A stretch of DNA of 62,865 nt from Gekko japonicus (lineage: Eukaryota), in assembly GCF_001447785.1 (NCBI RefSeq), contig NW_015170911.1:873467-936331 (forward strand). Direction: 5' to 3'. Each line of letters opens with the position of its first letter. The stretch's first letter is position 1. The notes beneath the pieces were generated by a model. That model saw only the letters and a list, made by a program, of their open reading frames with translations. It was not told the DNA's origin and ran no database searches. A program made the position numbers and the translations under genes. Shown piece by piece: positions 49,731 to 62,082 of this stretch.

Positions 49731-50761
49731 AGAGCGTGACTCAGACAGACCTCGGATCAGCAGCCCTGGCTGAAAGTAACCAGGATCCCTCCAAAGATTC
49801 CCCCCAGAAGGGCTATGCATTCTTTTAATTTATTTCTTAATTTGATCACACCAAAACTTTAGAATATTGGGAGGGTATGTTATCTCCTTAATCTGGGAGG
49901 TAAAAAAGGAATCCCAGAGCACTGAAGCATCTCCTCTACTTCAAAGGGAGGAGGAAAGGTAATTGACAATTTGCTCAGGAATGGACACACGCACCTGCTT
50001 CCACTCCCCCCATCTTTCTAAAGGAACAACAGTGTCTCAGTTAACTGATTTTTGCATCGCAGAAACATGCGACAGGATCTGCCTTAGTTTTAGTGGCAAT
50101 ATGTAAGCACGTTTGTTTCTTAGGTTGATATTTTGGTTTGCTTTTGTCCCCCCCCNNNNNNNNNNNNNNTCTTGCACTTTTACAACTTCTGTTGTACATC
50201 GCCCAGAGCTCTGTGTATTCAGGGATTGGGGAATCCATAAACTTAAAGTATAAATAAATAAAATAAATGGCAACCATGTATCAGTTCATTATTCTACGTG
50301 GGCTATAAACCTCCTCCAAGAAGATGTCAGCACCCCCCAATTTGCCCCCTCCTTAGGAAACATTTTCCCACTCAACAGTTATTCACCCAAACTACCAAAA
50401 GGGTTTGAAACGTTTGGCTCCAATCCAATTTGTTTTGAGAAGCATCCTATTTCCCCTGCTATCTTAACATATTTGGGGTACAAAGATAACCCTGGGACCC
50501 CCAGCACTTTGTCCCTGATTTTGGGTCCCATCTCACTCTTTTTTTGGGGGGGGTGTTTGTGTGTATGTGCTTGCATGCCTGCAAGTCACGGCGACTTCTG
50601 GCGACCCCTAGTGGGGTTTGGACATTTCAGGGAGGTGGCTTGATAGCCTGCCTCTCCATCCCAAGCCCTGGCATTCCTTGGAGGCCTCCCTTCCAATTAC
50701 TTGCCAGGGTTGGCCCTGCTTAGCTTCTGAGATCTGACAAGATCTGGCTTGCCTGAGCTAT

Positions 50762-51568
50762 TGCTAGGGATTTCAGGTAAAAGCAGAGTTAATAAATGAA
50801 GCGGGACACTTGTATTAGCTTTTAAACAAGAAACTTCACTAACGAGGGAAGGGTCGCTGGGAAATGCTAGGAACAAAACAAAGGATTCACATCCTCTCTG
50901 ACTATACTAACCTACATCTCGACTCCCTAAAGTCTCAACCACACGTGCAAGCCCCAGGCAGAGTTAGAGACCAAGAGCCATAAACTTTCTAAGCATCCAC
51001 CCCAGGACATCTTATGATCTATTGATTAAAGGTAAAGGTAAAGGTTCCCTTGCTCGAAAGCCAGTCAAATCCGACTCTAGGGTTGCAGTGCTCATCTCCG
51101 TTTCAAAGCTGAAGAGCCAGCGCTGTCCGAAGATGTTTCCGTGGTCATGTGGCCGGCATGACTAAACACCAAGGCGCACGGAACGCTGTTACCTTCCCAC
51201 CGAAGTGGTACCTATTTATCTACTTGCAATTTCTTGCTTTCAAAGTGCTAGGTTGGCAGGAGCTGGAACTAGAGATGGGAGCTCACTCCATCATGCGGCA
51301 CCCGGGTCTTGAACTCCTGAACTACTGACCTTCCACAGCCTGCAGTTCAGTATCTTAACCACTTGAGCCACCGCAGCTCCTCGATCTATTGATTACCCAG
51401 TTGGAAAAACCCAAACCTAATTATGCATTTTAACACTTTGCTCTGGTGGCAAATACCTGCACGGTCTGCTTTTGGGTCTCTCTCTGAACAGGTAGGATAT
51501 CAGCATGCAAAAACAAACATGTGGTTTCTTCCATGATGTCACAAGGAGAGAACTTGCAAACTCCAACA
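50762..51568. mobile_element. Solo LTR, interrupted by a Sauria SINE
   Basis: TG...CA termini (tgctaggg...ccaaca); 5-bp TSD GCTAT at 50757-50761 and 51569-51573. Confidence 0.78.
51029..51382 (-). mobile_element. Sauria SINE, full length
   Basis: 13-bp TSD GATCTATTGATTA at 51016-51028 and 51383-51395. Confidence 0.92.
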
Positions 51569-52485
51569 GCTATCCAGGTCAGGCCCTTTTGGGTCCCATC
51601 TCAATACTGGATTTCAGCAACTGGCCCCAGTCCCTGTGTGGCAGCACTTAATGGGAAAGCTGGTTTGAATATCGGCCCTGCTATCCAGTGTAGGTGGCCC
51701 CTCAGGACCATGCTTTAATTCCCCTTTTTCTCATTCTACTGCTCCCGTTCTCTTTTCCAAATATTCCTGGACTCCACTCACTGATAACTACATATGTTTA
51801 CCTCCTTCTTACCCCCCGCTCTTTTTAGAACTAGTAACTTGCTTAGGGTAGGATTTAGTAGAACTGCTACTTAATGTGTATTTGTTCTTCTAACTTTGTA
51901 TTCTGTTTGCTAATTACCTGTGCTATTAGCTTTCTTAATAAGCTCTCAAATTTAAACTTATGCCTGCTTATTTCTAAGAATCAGCACCCTCATTGGACCT
52001 AACCCTGGACCCTGGTATACACCGGGAAGAAGGTCCCAAAAATAATTGGCCTGGGTACACGCACGGGTGTAAGCTCTCAACATGTTAAAGGGAGACACTC
52101 CTGTAACTGAGATAGGGCATTTCGGTAACATCACAGGGCTGGTGACAGAATAAAATGGAACAGGGGAGAACCACATACACCACCCTGATCTCCTTTCATA
52201 AAGAAGGATTTACTTGTGGTTGCAAAAGGACAAGAAGACCTCAAGAAAAGTAGCTCACTAATGTACATAAAAGGACAGATTGTAGGCAGCGTGGATCAGT
52301 GTAAAGAAAGGCATGATGATGGCATTTTTTAAAATGCAGAGTACTTGAAAAATGCAAAAACAATTGAATATTTGGATTAAAAACAAAATGTAACTAGTAA
52401 ATTTTGTAAAACCGTAATGGGCAAGGCAAAGAAATTCATATCGAGTACACAAACGCGTAACACCATTACAGGCAAGGCAAAGTAG

Positions 52486-53380
52486 TGTTGAGAAATGAAC
52501 TTATTTATGATTTATGATTCTATATCTGCTACACACACACTATAAATGGACTGTGCACACATCTGTATACCATGAGCCAAAGAAAGCTGTTTGAATCACC
52601 TATTGTCTGGTGAGGCCAAGATTCATCTCCACAACAAAGAGATGTCCTGATGCTGAGATTCTATGAGATAGAGGATAGTATTTCAAATATTGGCCCAACC
52701 CATAGGGATGCCTGCCCTTACTACATTCACCAATCAGGTAGTTCATGGGATGGACTTGTAAGTAGGTGGGATTACAGATTGGCAAATTGCCACCCACCTA
52801 GAGAGTCAACTATATAACGCAGGGACCATGCTTTGGGAGCTGGGCCAGCCACATTCCACCATCAACTCAAGACCATGCTGCAGGCTGGCCACACATCCTC
52901 CTACCTCTTCCCCACACCCTCTTCCTGCCTTAAAACTCTTTGTTCTTGATGGATCTCTTTGGGGTGCGCAGCCAAAGACATTAATCCCCATCCCCACACT
53001 AGCTGGCTAGTTCTGGCAGTGTGAATTATTAGAAACCTTTCCCTTTTCCTCCAATCTTCCATTGCAACAAGACAGGACTCCTGGAAGCAGGCGAGTATAA
53101 ACCGAAATATACCTACCTACCTCCAAGTAATTAAGAAACTATCTTTATATTCTTTCTGTAATTCGAAAGGAACCTTGAGTGTATGTGAAACGAGAGACTG
53201 ATTCTTTTGTATGTGTGACTTTGATACCCTTCAGTAAAAAGATTATTTGTTTTGGAAAAACATCCGTGTGGTCTCCATTACTGGAACTCTGAGTTCAGAC
53301 ACAACCCCGGTATAGCTGGCCAGAGCTCACGTTAAAATTATAGTTAGCCATTTGCTGTAGATAAAGCATTTGGCGTAACA
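52486..53380 (+). mobile_element. Solo LTR (ERV1/Gypsy type)
   Basis: TGTT...AACA termini, 4-bp TSD GTAG at 52482-52485 and 53381-53384, TATATAA at ~52811, AGTAAA at ~53233. Confidence 0.72.
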
Positions 53381-54139
53381 GTAGGGATTCACTTGAAACG
53401 TAGGCAGATCTAGAGTGTGCGGCAGCCTTGACTGTATTCCAAAAAGCTCTGGCAGGTCACCTGTTTCATAAGATGAGCCTGCGCTTGAGCGCTCCATCAC
53501 TTAGAACGTGGCCGCTTAAAGTACTGCTAACATCAGCATAAATTTGCTCTTCTTGCTTAGGTGTAACTGCCTGTACTCTCACTCAGCAGGATTCTCATTT
53601 GATACTGAAACAGTCCTTTCCATTTTTCACAGCGCTTTCCCAATATCATCATGGTGATCCTTATCAACAGGCTGTTCAACATTGTTCAGCATTTCAGGCT
53701 CTTCTTACCAGGATGCCTATTAAAATGAACCTATTGCTTGCAACCATTTTCTTTAATATACACAGCTGACCTTTAGTGCTGTGGTGAAGATTCCTGTGTT
53801 GTGCTGCGAAAGCAACTTTTAAAAAGAATCTACGCAGGCGATCAGCTCTCCTATGGCCAAGAAGCAGCCTTGCTGGAGAGAAGCTCCACCTGGCCCTACC
53901 AACCTTCTAAAAACGCTTGATGGACACCAGGAAAGAGCACCAGAGAACCCTGGCCTAGAGACGGCCTCCCAGGAGAGGGAGGGGCACCAGGCAACCAGGT
54001 GGAAGAAGTCCCAGGACAGACTACCACAACTTCCTAGTTGTCTCCGCCACAAGCTGCAAAGGTAAATCGCATGAAGATATGAAGCTGCCTTTTACCAAGT
54101 CAGAACAGTGGTCCACTGAATCAGTATTGCCTACTCTGT

Positions 54140-54377
54140 CAAGAAGAAGAAGAGTTGGATTTATACCCCGCTCTTCACTCAGAGTATCGGAGCAGCTTCC
54201 AATCACCTCCCCTTCCTCTCCCCACAACAGGCACCCTGTAAGGCTGAGAGAGGTCTGAGAGAACTGTGTTTGACCCAAAGTCACCCAAGCAGGCTTCATG
54301 TGGAGGAGAAGTGGGGAATCAAACCTGGTTCTCCAGATTAGAGTCCACCACTCTTAACCACTACACTAAACTGGCCC
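54140..54377 (-). mobile_element. Squam3-type SINE inside an older tRNA-SINE (~54075-54508)
   Basis: (GAA)n tail and head ACCACTACACTAAACTGGC; the flanks match the reverse complement of the SINE at ~28487-28646. Confidence 0.75.
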
Positions 54378-55029
54378 TCGAGGGCTTTGGGCAAGAAATG
54401 TCTTTCCCAATACCTGCAGCCTTTCATTGTTGGGAGAGCTCAGTGATTGGACTGGGGCCCTTCTGCATGCAAAGGATGTGGTCTTCCACTGAGCTACGGC
54501 CCTTCCCCAAGCTTCTTAGCTTATGGATGGTATTAGCAATAGACAAAGCTCTACAGAAGCCCAGATGCAAACTTCAGATTTCTATGAACCTTCTAGTATC
54601 GCTAGAACTATGGAGGGCCTGAAAGTTGTGTTCCAGTATCTTCCAAGACAGGTCTGACAGGTACACAGGCTTGAAGGTACTGCGTCTGAAACAGAGACAG
54701 TACATTTAGTAGCAAACATTCAACATTAAATGGCAGCATTGGAGGGCATGACAAACCTCCGCATACAGGATGTCTGAGTGGACCAAACCAAAAATGCAGT
54801 TTCTAAGGATTGGCCTAAACTGTGCTAGTATCATCAGTGACTGGCTCAGTCTCTTTCTATAGTTATGATGACCCACTTAACATTTTCGAAATGCAACCTG
54901 AAGTATTACTTTTTATAAGTTAGTGGCAGCCTCTCCTAGCTTACTTCACTTTTCTTCCAATTTTAATGCTGCCATCTTGTGGAGGACACAGGTATGACAC
55001 TATTATGTTGGTGACAGTGATTCTCACTG

Positions 55030-55318
55030 TTTGGTGTAGTGGTTAAGTGCACGGACTCTAATCTGGGAGAACCGGGTTTGATTCCCCACTCCTCCACTTG
55101 CACCTGGCTGGATGACCTTGGGCAAACCATCGTTCTGATAAGAGCTGTTCTTGAAAAAAAGCAGTTTCTGTCAAGAGCTCTCTCAGCCCCGCCTACCTCA
55201 CAGGGTGTCTGCTGTGGGGAGGGGAAGGGAAAGGAGTTTGTAAGCCGCTCTGAGACTCCTCTGGATAGTGAAGGGTGGGGTATAAATCCAATCTCTTCTT
55301 CATCTTCTTCTTCTTCAA
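55030..55318 (+). mobile_element. Squam3-type SINE
   Basis: TGGTGTAGTGGTTAAG A-box, GGTTTGATTCCC B-box, (TCT)n tail. Confidence 0.88.
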
Positions 55319-55341
55319 TACTTGTCAGACTCAGTCCCCTC

Positions 55342-55548
55342 CAATGTTCCCTCTAAGCTGTGGAGTCATGTGAGCAAAATTTCTACTTGGTGAGCTACTG
55401 GCATTAAAGTTGTGAGCGAGCCATTTGGCTACTGCATTAAATTGGTTTGCTCTGTAGCCCTCCTTCCTGAGCTAAAGCAAAAATGTGTGAGCTGGAGGCT
55501 AAAAAACTGTGAGCTGGCTCACACTAACTCAGCTTAGAGGGAACAGTG
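55342..55548. mobile_element. hAT MITE family 1
   Basis: Same TIRs; TSD GTCCCCTC. Confidence 0.92.
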
Positions 55549-55952
55549 GTCCCCTCCCCAACTTATTTTACCAAGCCATCCATTTAACCAGCAAGCATTT
55601 GTGGAGATCTCCTGGTCTCCCTGCATGCATTGCAGGGCTATGCACGAACATCTGTGGGCTGAGGCAAAGGGAGAGTTAAAAGAACTCTAGCAAAATAATG
55701 CCTCTTCCCCCCCCCCCCCCCCCTATTCCATCTCCTGGTGCCAGATTCCACTGAGTCCATCACTGGACAGCCACTCCCATCCAAGCAGGCTCAGTGAGAC
55801 TGAGCTGAGACAGAACCCGCCTGGTGAACAGCTCCTGCCTCTCTGTTGCTTCCAGAGTTCCTGCTTGTGGATCCATCAAGAGCATGCTCTGTCAGGGAGC
55901 AATCCCTTTCATTGGGTAGCAGGAAACACACAAATGATCTGATCCAGTAAGG

Positions 55953-55958
55953 TTTATT
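55953..55958 (-). terminator. Candidate distal poly(A) signal of SMARCAD1
   Basis: AATAAA on the minus strand followed ~20 nt later by GU-rich TTTGTGTGTTT. Confidence 0.5.
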
Positions 55959-56107
55959 TAAGATATTTGGTCCAAATCGTATTTTCTAAAAAGACACTGG
56001 AATATGCAAGCATTATGGAAGCTCTTAGATCAGTTTCACAAATCCTCTCCGACCCTAGATGGTGGCTTGCATCAGATGCAGTGGTGGTGGTGGGGGGTTG
56101 TAGTATT

Positions 56108-56335
56108 TTTATGTGTGTGCATCTGTGTGTGCATGCGTCCTTGCTTGCCTGGAAGCGGTGGTGACTTCTGACAACCCCTACTGGGGGCCTGGATGTTTTT
56201 CAGAGAGGTGGCTTGATATGCCTGCCTCTGTGTCCTGGCCCTGCTATTCCTTGGAGGTCTCCCATCCAAGTACTTGGCAGGGTCGACCCTGCTTAGCTTC
56301 TGAGATCAACCTTGCCTGGGCTATCCAGGTCAGGA
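56108..56335 (-). mobile_element. 5S-derived SINE (type B)
   Basis: 5S core on the minus strand with (CA)-rich tail. Confidence 0.85.
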
Positions 56336-57073
56336 CGCATCCAATTTAGTTCCTAAGTACAAAACCAGGATCCTTGATAACTATAGACTAACTTACAACT
56401 AGTGACTGAGAATAACTACAAGAACGAATAATTGCTCCACTGCAGTTAAATCACGGGAGGCAGCTAACACTTCCTTACAGGTTAAGCGGATTGTCAACAC
56501 ATTAGGCAGGTCCAATTCTTTCATGCATTTTGTACATAGTATCTCGTTTAACCACTTCACAAATATCTATATCTACAGGACTTGTGAGCTTGTATCCATA
56601 AAGCTATAGACCAAAATGTATACAAACAGGGTCCACTGTCTACACTAAAAAGATCCATATATAATAAGTTATGTTCTAAACCGACAACTAAGACAGGATT
56701 CTGAGAGGACAGAATCAACTGCACAGAACATTAAAACAAAGAACTTATGTTGTTCTTGCCATTCTCATGTGCTTTCATAACAGGTTTCCTGCAGGTTACA
56801 AAAGAAACAAAGCAAAAACAAGAGAGAGTGGCAGGAAGGAGATGCAGAGGTTGGCAGTACTATCGATACATTCCCTGTCACATGTAGTTGGACCTGAAAG
56901 ATACCAGCCCTCCTTTCTCTCTCTCTGTCTCTCTGTCAAAAAGGGGGAATAAAGCATGGCCTTAGCTCTCTGGCTTCTTTTGTCGTGTTTTCCAAGCCAG
57001 TATTTCATTCCCCCGTTGCTCCAAAAATTTCAAATAACCGGCTAGCAAGCTTCAAACTGTTAAGATTTAATTT

Positions 57074-57079
57074 TTTATT
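57074..57079 (-). terminator. Candidate proximal poly(A) signal of SMARCAD1
   Basis: AATAAA on the minus strand flanked by two ATTAAA, ~480 nt after the stop codon. Confidence 0.55.
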
Positions 57080-57553
57080 GTGCGAACAATTTAATACAAA
57101 ACATTACAGTACTTCAAATAAAAACAAGCAAAGAGACAACAAAAACGGGCATTTCAAATAAGGCACATGTAAAAAAACCACACATCCAGTGAAATAGACA
57201 GCTTCTATATATATATTTAGAGGTAGAAATAATTACAAAAATATGGAACAATTTTAAGCATTAGCAGTTTAATTAAAACTAGGGTCCCCATTTTAAAACT
57301 GCCTTGATAATATAGCTTAGGTGGCATTTTATGCACTACATTTTTTTTGTGGTATCTCCATATTTTACTTTGAGTACCAGCTTGGGGGGGGGGGGGTTTT
57401 TTTGCCAGAGACAATCAACAACAACAAGGAAATTACAAAAAGTTATAAATGTCCATACAAATGTATTGTCATAACATAAAAACTTCTTGAAGCACCACAT
57501 TGTATTTTCTTCCTCAAATTAAAAAAATATCTACAACGTTCAGTTTTATATTA

Positions 57554-57615
57554 TTAGAGACCTAGCGATGCTTTTAATAATGTTGCTATATCTGCTGGAA
57601 TGGCCCCTTCTTCTC
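57554..57615 (-). CDS. SMARCAD1: SMARCAD1 terminal coding exon
   Basis: Polypyrimidine tract + CAG acceptor; (G)EEGAIPADIATLLKASLGL-TAA matches the SMARCAD1 C-terminus; phase consistent with the previous exon. Confidence 0.95.
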
Positions 57616-57983
57616 CTGCAAAGGGGAGAGAAAAAAAAGAATCAATCAGAGTTGAACAGGCAAGACATTATGAAACACTCTTTTTTAGTCTTAGCAATCC
57701 TGAAAACAGCACAGGCTGAAACTGCTACCATAACTTTGGGCAGATACACATGCTGCATTAGAATAAGGGATTAAGGGCCACACAGATTGAGCCTCTATGT
57801 GTAAATCATGGACCGACATACCCAAGTCAAATGCTCATTCGAGTGTCACGTCTCCCAACAACAGTAGCTACAAACGGAGAAGTGTGGAAGAAACACCTCA
57901 ACGGGAAAAAAAATCTGTTGGGTAACGAACCTTGCTAGTCCTGTACAATGGTAAAGAGAACAATGGACAACAGAGTCAAAGAG

Positions 57984-58691
57984 CTGCTGAGATCAAAGAA
58001 AAGACTCTGAAAATGGGCTGCCTGCCAGAAACTCCCAAATGTTATGAAAATTGTACCAGTAAAAATTAACAACTGAAACGTCTATTGAAAATAATACAAC
58101 ATTTTAGTGAAGAATGCCATCAATACTAATAAATATGCTCATGGTTTCATTCAATACAGAATTATTGTTCTGTAATAGGTGAGTGAGTGTACTCCAGCGT
58201 GTTCAGAATTTGAGTTCTGTAAGCATAAGCTGGATACCCACTGCAATGCACTTTGTTTTCTTTTTACTGTTTCATGGCGACTGAGGAAGAACGTTTAAGG
58301 AAACAAGGGAAGTAAACTGGGACCTTGTATTGCTGTTACTGACTTCTCCGCTCCTCATTGTTGATGTTATTACTTATTCTCTACTACTCACTGCTGTTGT
58401 TACTTATCCCCATTGTGATTGTTTTGTCTTCATGTAATTGTTCTGTATATGTTTATAGGATGTTCAAGCTATTTCTTTATTTGATTGTTTAATTACATCC
58501 TTTTGGATTGGTTGGCAACTGGTATCTTGTAACTTGTGAATTTATTAGTATTGATGGTATTATTCACTAAAGTGTTGCATTATTTTCGATAGAAGTTTCA
58601 GCTGTTAATTTTTATTGGTACAATTTTCATAACGTTTGGGTGTTTTTGGAAGGCAACCCATTTTCAGAGACTTTTCTTTGATTTCAGCAGT
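57984..58691. repeat. Long inverted repeat in the last SMARCAD1 intron
   Basis: Arms ~57984-58134 and ~58540-58691 are diverged reverse complements. Confidence 0.88.
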
Positions 58692-59431
58692 TCTGTAAAA
58701 TGGGCTAGCTGTGATCCATGGGAACTGGCCCAGCTGACATCTGGCTCGCAAAAGCACTGTGATTGCTTGTGAAAAAGCAAACTTCTGGAGAAGGCCCAAG
58801 AGGTAGGTTTAAGGATATCACTGCCCTAAAATCAATACAGTGCCACTTCCCATGACGTTGGCCCAGTGGAAAACCTGAGTGTGGGCTACTTTAGAATACA
58901 GGTGGGAGTTCACAGGACTATTTCTCCGTAGCACCCCCCCCCCAAGCCTTCCTACATGCAAGAGTAGACACCAGGGAACTCTGACCTGACTTTCCATTTT
59001 TATGTAGAAGGAATGTCTGCTTTTTGCATGGGAGAACATTTAGTCATGCAAGTCTTTTGCAATATGGAACAGTACAACCCAAGCAGAGGTTTACTGCCTC
59101 CACGGGAGCTAGATCTTTACTGGTAGCAAGCTCATCACTTCTTGCTACCACATCAGAAATGATACTTGCCTAATCCATTCAATTGTAGGTACTGGGAGGG
59201 GCGGGCTATTGGATTATGTTAAGCACATTTAAACAGTATGTTTCTGCAAAAAATCTGAATCTGCAGCAATGTCTTCCAATAACATAACCCTTTTCAATCT
59301 TCCACTGCTTTGAAATGAAGAAAAAAACAACCAACGTGGATAAAACTAGCTTCTTACGGTATCTACTGTTTCTAGCGGGATTTAGATTTGTTTATTCAGT
59401 TTCAAACTGTATCAAAAGATAGACTACAATC

Positions 59432-59653
59432 ACCCTGACCTGGATAGCTCAGGCAAGCCCGATCTCTTCAGATCTCAGAAGCTAAGCAGGGGCGACCCTG
59501 GCAAGTAATTGGAAGGGAGACCTCCAAGGAATACCAGGGCCTGGGACGCAGAGGCAGGCCACTTAATCCACCTCTCTGGAAAACATCCAAGCCCCCAGTA
59601 GGGGTCACTAGAAGTTGCCATGGCTTCCAGGCATGAAAGCACACACACACACA
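59432..59653 (+). mobile_element. 5S-derived SINE (type B), intronic
   Basis: GCCCGATCTC..CAGATCTCAGAAGCTAAGCAGGG 5S core plus (CA)n tail. Confidence 0.88.
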
Positions 59654-60754
59654 CTGTGATGAAGAGAGACATTTTGGCATATCCTGTGGGATGTTTGCCC
59701 ACCTCCCATACTATATCACAAGCTGCTTTCAGAAAGTCCACTGAGTTTCAAGACGTATTTATTGGGCCGCATGAGATGCTGCTGTTTGAGAAATACCAGC
59801 CTCAAAACTAATTTGCAAGTGCAAAACTAGAAGCTGGGTTCTTTGGACTGCAGCAAAAGAAATGGGGTTGGATCCAACCAGCTTTTCTGATTTGAAAAAT
59901 AGATCCAGCAGCATCCAAAAAGGCTATGCTGGGCCTCATTGGACTTGCCTGGGCAAAAGCCATATGAGACGGGTAGTAAAGAGGAGAACTCAAAAAGACC
60001 GGGCATAAACCCTAGCTTGATCCGACTCATGGGTTGCAAGCCATTGATTCAGAATTTCTTTTATTATTATTGTTGTTGTTATTATGGAAAAATATTATGG
60101 AAGAGTGCTGTGCAGAATAAACCTAGATTTTACGTAAAGAGTAAAATGTGGATATTGGAAACTGTGGGCCACCAGGCTAAACCCTTCAAAGGCAAGATTG
60201 CATACATGGTAGGGACCTCAAATTCAAAACAGTAAGACGTTACATTTTAGCTGTTTATACATGCAGATGCTCACCTGTAGAAAGAAAAGTACACCAGCTG
60301 AAACAAAGAGCTCCTACCATAGCTGATACAACACATTTAAGGCCAACATGGTGGACCATATGGTGTGGTGGTCTCGGGCAACTGCGTATACTTCTAAATA
60401 TTCGTTGCAAGGAGCAACTGTGTATATTTTTCTTCTCCACTAAATCCCTGTCTTTTATGATTCTTCCTTCGAGTTTTGGATCCCCGAGAACATCGAGTTG
60501 AGTACGTGGAGATTTAGATCATTCCACAATGTGCTGACTAACACTAGTTGGATAAAGATTAACTTGAATTGTAGATTCTGTTCCATGATTCGCCACCTTA
60601 TAAAAATATCAGTAATTATTTGAACTGCTCTCCACCCCCACATTAGCTTCCTGGTACAATATACATTTAAGTTTTTCTTGCCCCATATACTTTTGAACCC
60701 ATGCCTTCCTTTTACAATTCCGTGTATTTAGAAGTACGCCTTATGAGAACTTAC

Positions 60755-60864
60755 CTGCATCTGCTGCCGTCATATCTTGTTCTAGTTTTAACTTCTGCTG
60801 ACTGATTCTGAGCATGGATTCCTCTATTGTCCCTTTACTGATGAGCCGTATAACTTTCACTTCT
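60755..60864 (-). CDS. SMARCAD1: SMARCAD1 penultimate coding exon
   Basis: AG|...|GTAAGT; (R)[36 protein letters not shown]; 110 bp. Confidence 0.96.
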
Positions 60865-61459
60865 CTTAAAAAACAAAGAAACAAAAATCCTATTTGTGTA
60901 ATTCTGAAAGCCAACATGCTTAGCTTAATCATAGGAACATATTTCCAATTAACCTCACATTGCTATATAACAAGTAACGAAGACTGTACATAAATTTTCA
61001 TTGTGAGGCTAGTGCCTCAACTAACATGCATTCTGAAAGATGTCAGTGCCTAGTTTTTAAAAGTATCTTATACTGTGGTTCTTGGTGCTGTGAACTATAA
61101 AAACTTCGTATACCCTGGGAGACAACACTGGTAGAGATGCAAACAGAAACATTAAATTTGTTTTGGAGTTTCTAAATACATTATCTGTGCTGGTTACTGG
61201 AAGACTTGACATCAAGAGATGACTTGCATGTGTGAATGAGTCATCACAAATCCATTGCTGTAAACGGAGCCACTATAAACTATTCAAACAATACTTGTAA
61301 CACTGAGGTAAGTTTACCACTAACATCAAATACTACTACTACTGGGAAATGGGTAATCTCTCCTAGTTTAAAACTCTATGGTCACTACAATCATTGTAAG
61401 CAACCCAAGATCTGCATCATATGCAACTGCTGACATCTGCCTACGACAACAAAAACCTA

Positions 61460-61747
<288 letters not shown>

Positions 61748-61775
61748 CTACCAGCTGTCTACAGCAGTGACTGTA

Positions 61776-61985
61776 CATGAAAATGACCAGTCATGGATCA
61801 GGCCAGTGGATCGAGGCCAGCATCTTTGTTTCTCACAGTGGCCCACCAACTGACCTGGAGGGTCAACACACAGGACATGGAGACCAAGGCCCTCCCCCCT
61901 GACATTGCCTCCTAGCACTGGTATGCTGAGGTTTATCTGTAAACATCGAGGCTCCCTTTAGCCATCATGGCTAGTAGCCACTTAG
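61776..61985 (-). mobile_element. Old CR1 3'UTR fragment (intronic)
   Basis: Weak similarity to the CR1 tail at 31628-31850 (GATCAGGCCA..., CACAGTGGCC, TAGCCACT). Confidence 0.5.
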
Positions 61986-61991
61986 TAGACT

Positions 61992-62082
61992 TACAGTAAC
62001 ATCCTAAGTAGAGCTACACCCTTCTAAGTCCATTTAAGTCAACAAGCTTAGAACGGTGTAACTCTGTTTAGGATGGAGCTGT
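61992..62082. repeat. Short palindromic MITE-like repeat
   Basis: CATCCTAAGTAGAGCTACACCCTTCTAAG ... CTTAGAACGGTGTAACTCTGTTTAGGATG; a decayed relative lies at ~10811-10878. Confidence 0.65.

Larger units (their letters stand above)
50553..51586 (-). mobile_element. 5S-derived SINE (type B) split by a solo LTR
   Basis: Body 50553-50761; the remainder of the head, CCAGGTCAGGCC, resumes at 51574. Confidence 0.8.

Noticed and set aside
55030-55100. tRNA gene (A/B boxes here and in similar heads)
   Set aside because: Continues into the SINE body and tail and occurs in many diverged copies; no clean cloverleaf.
58281-58304. Third hammerhead ribozyme (CTGAGGA...GAAAC)
   Set aside because: Stems I-III cannot be formed convincingly; at best a decayed relic.
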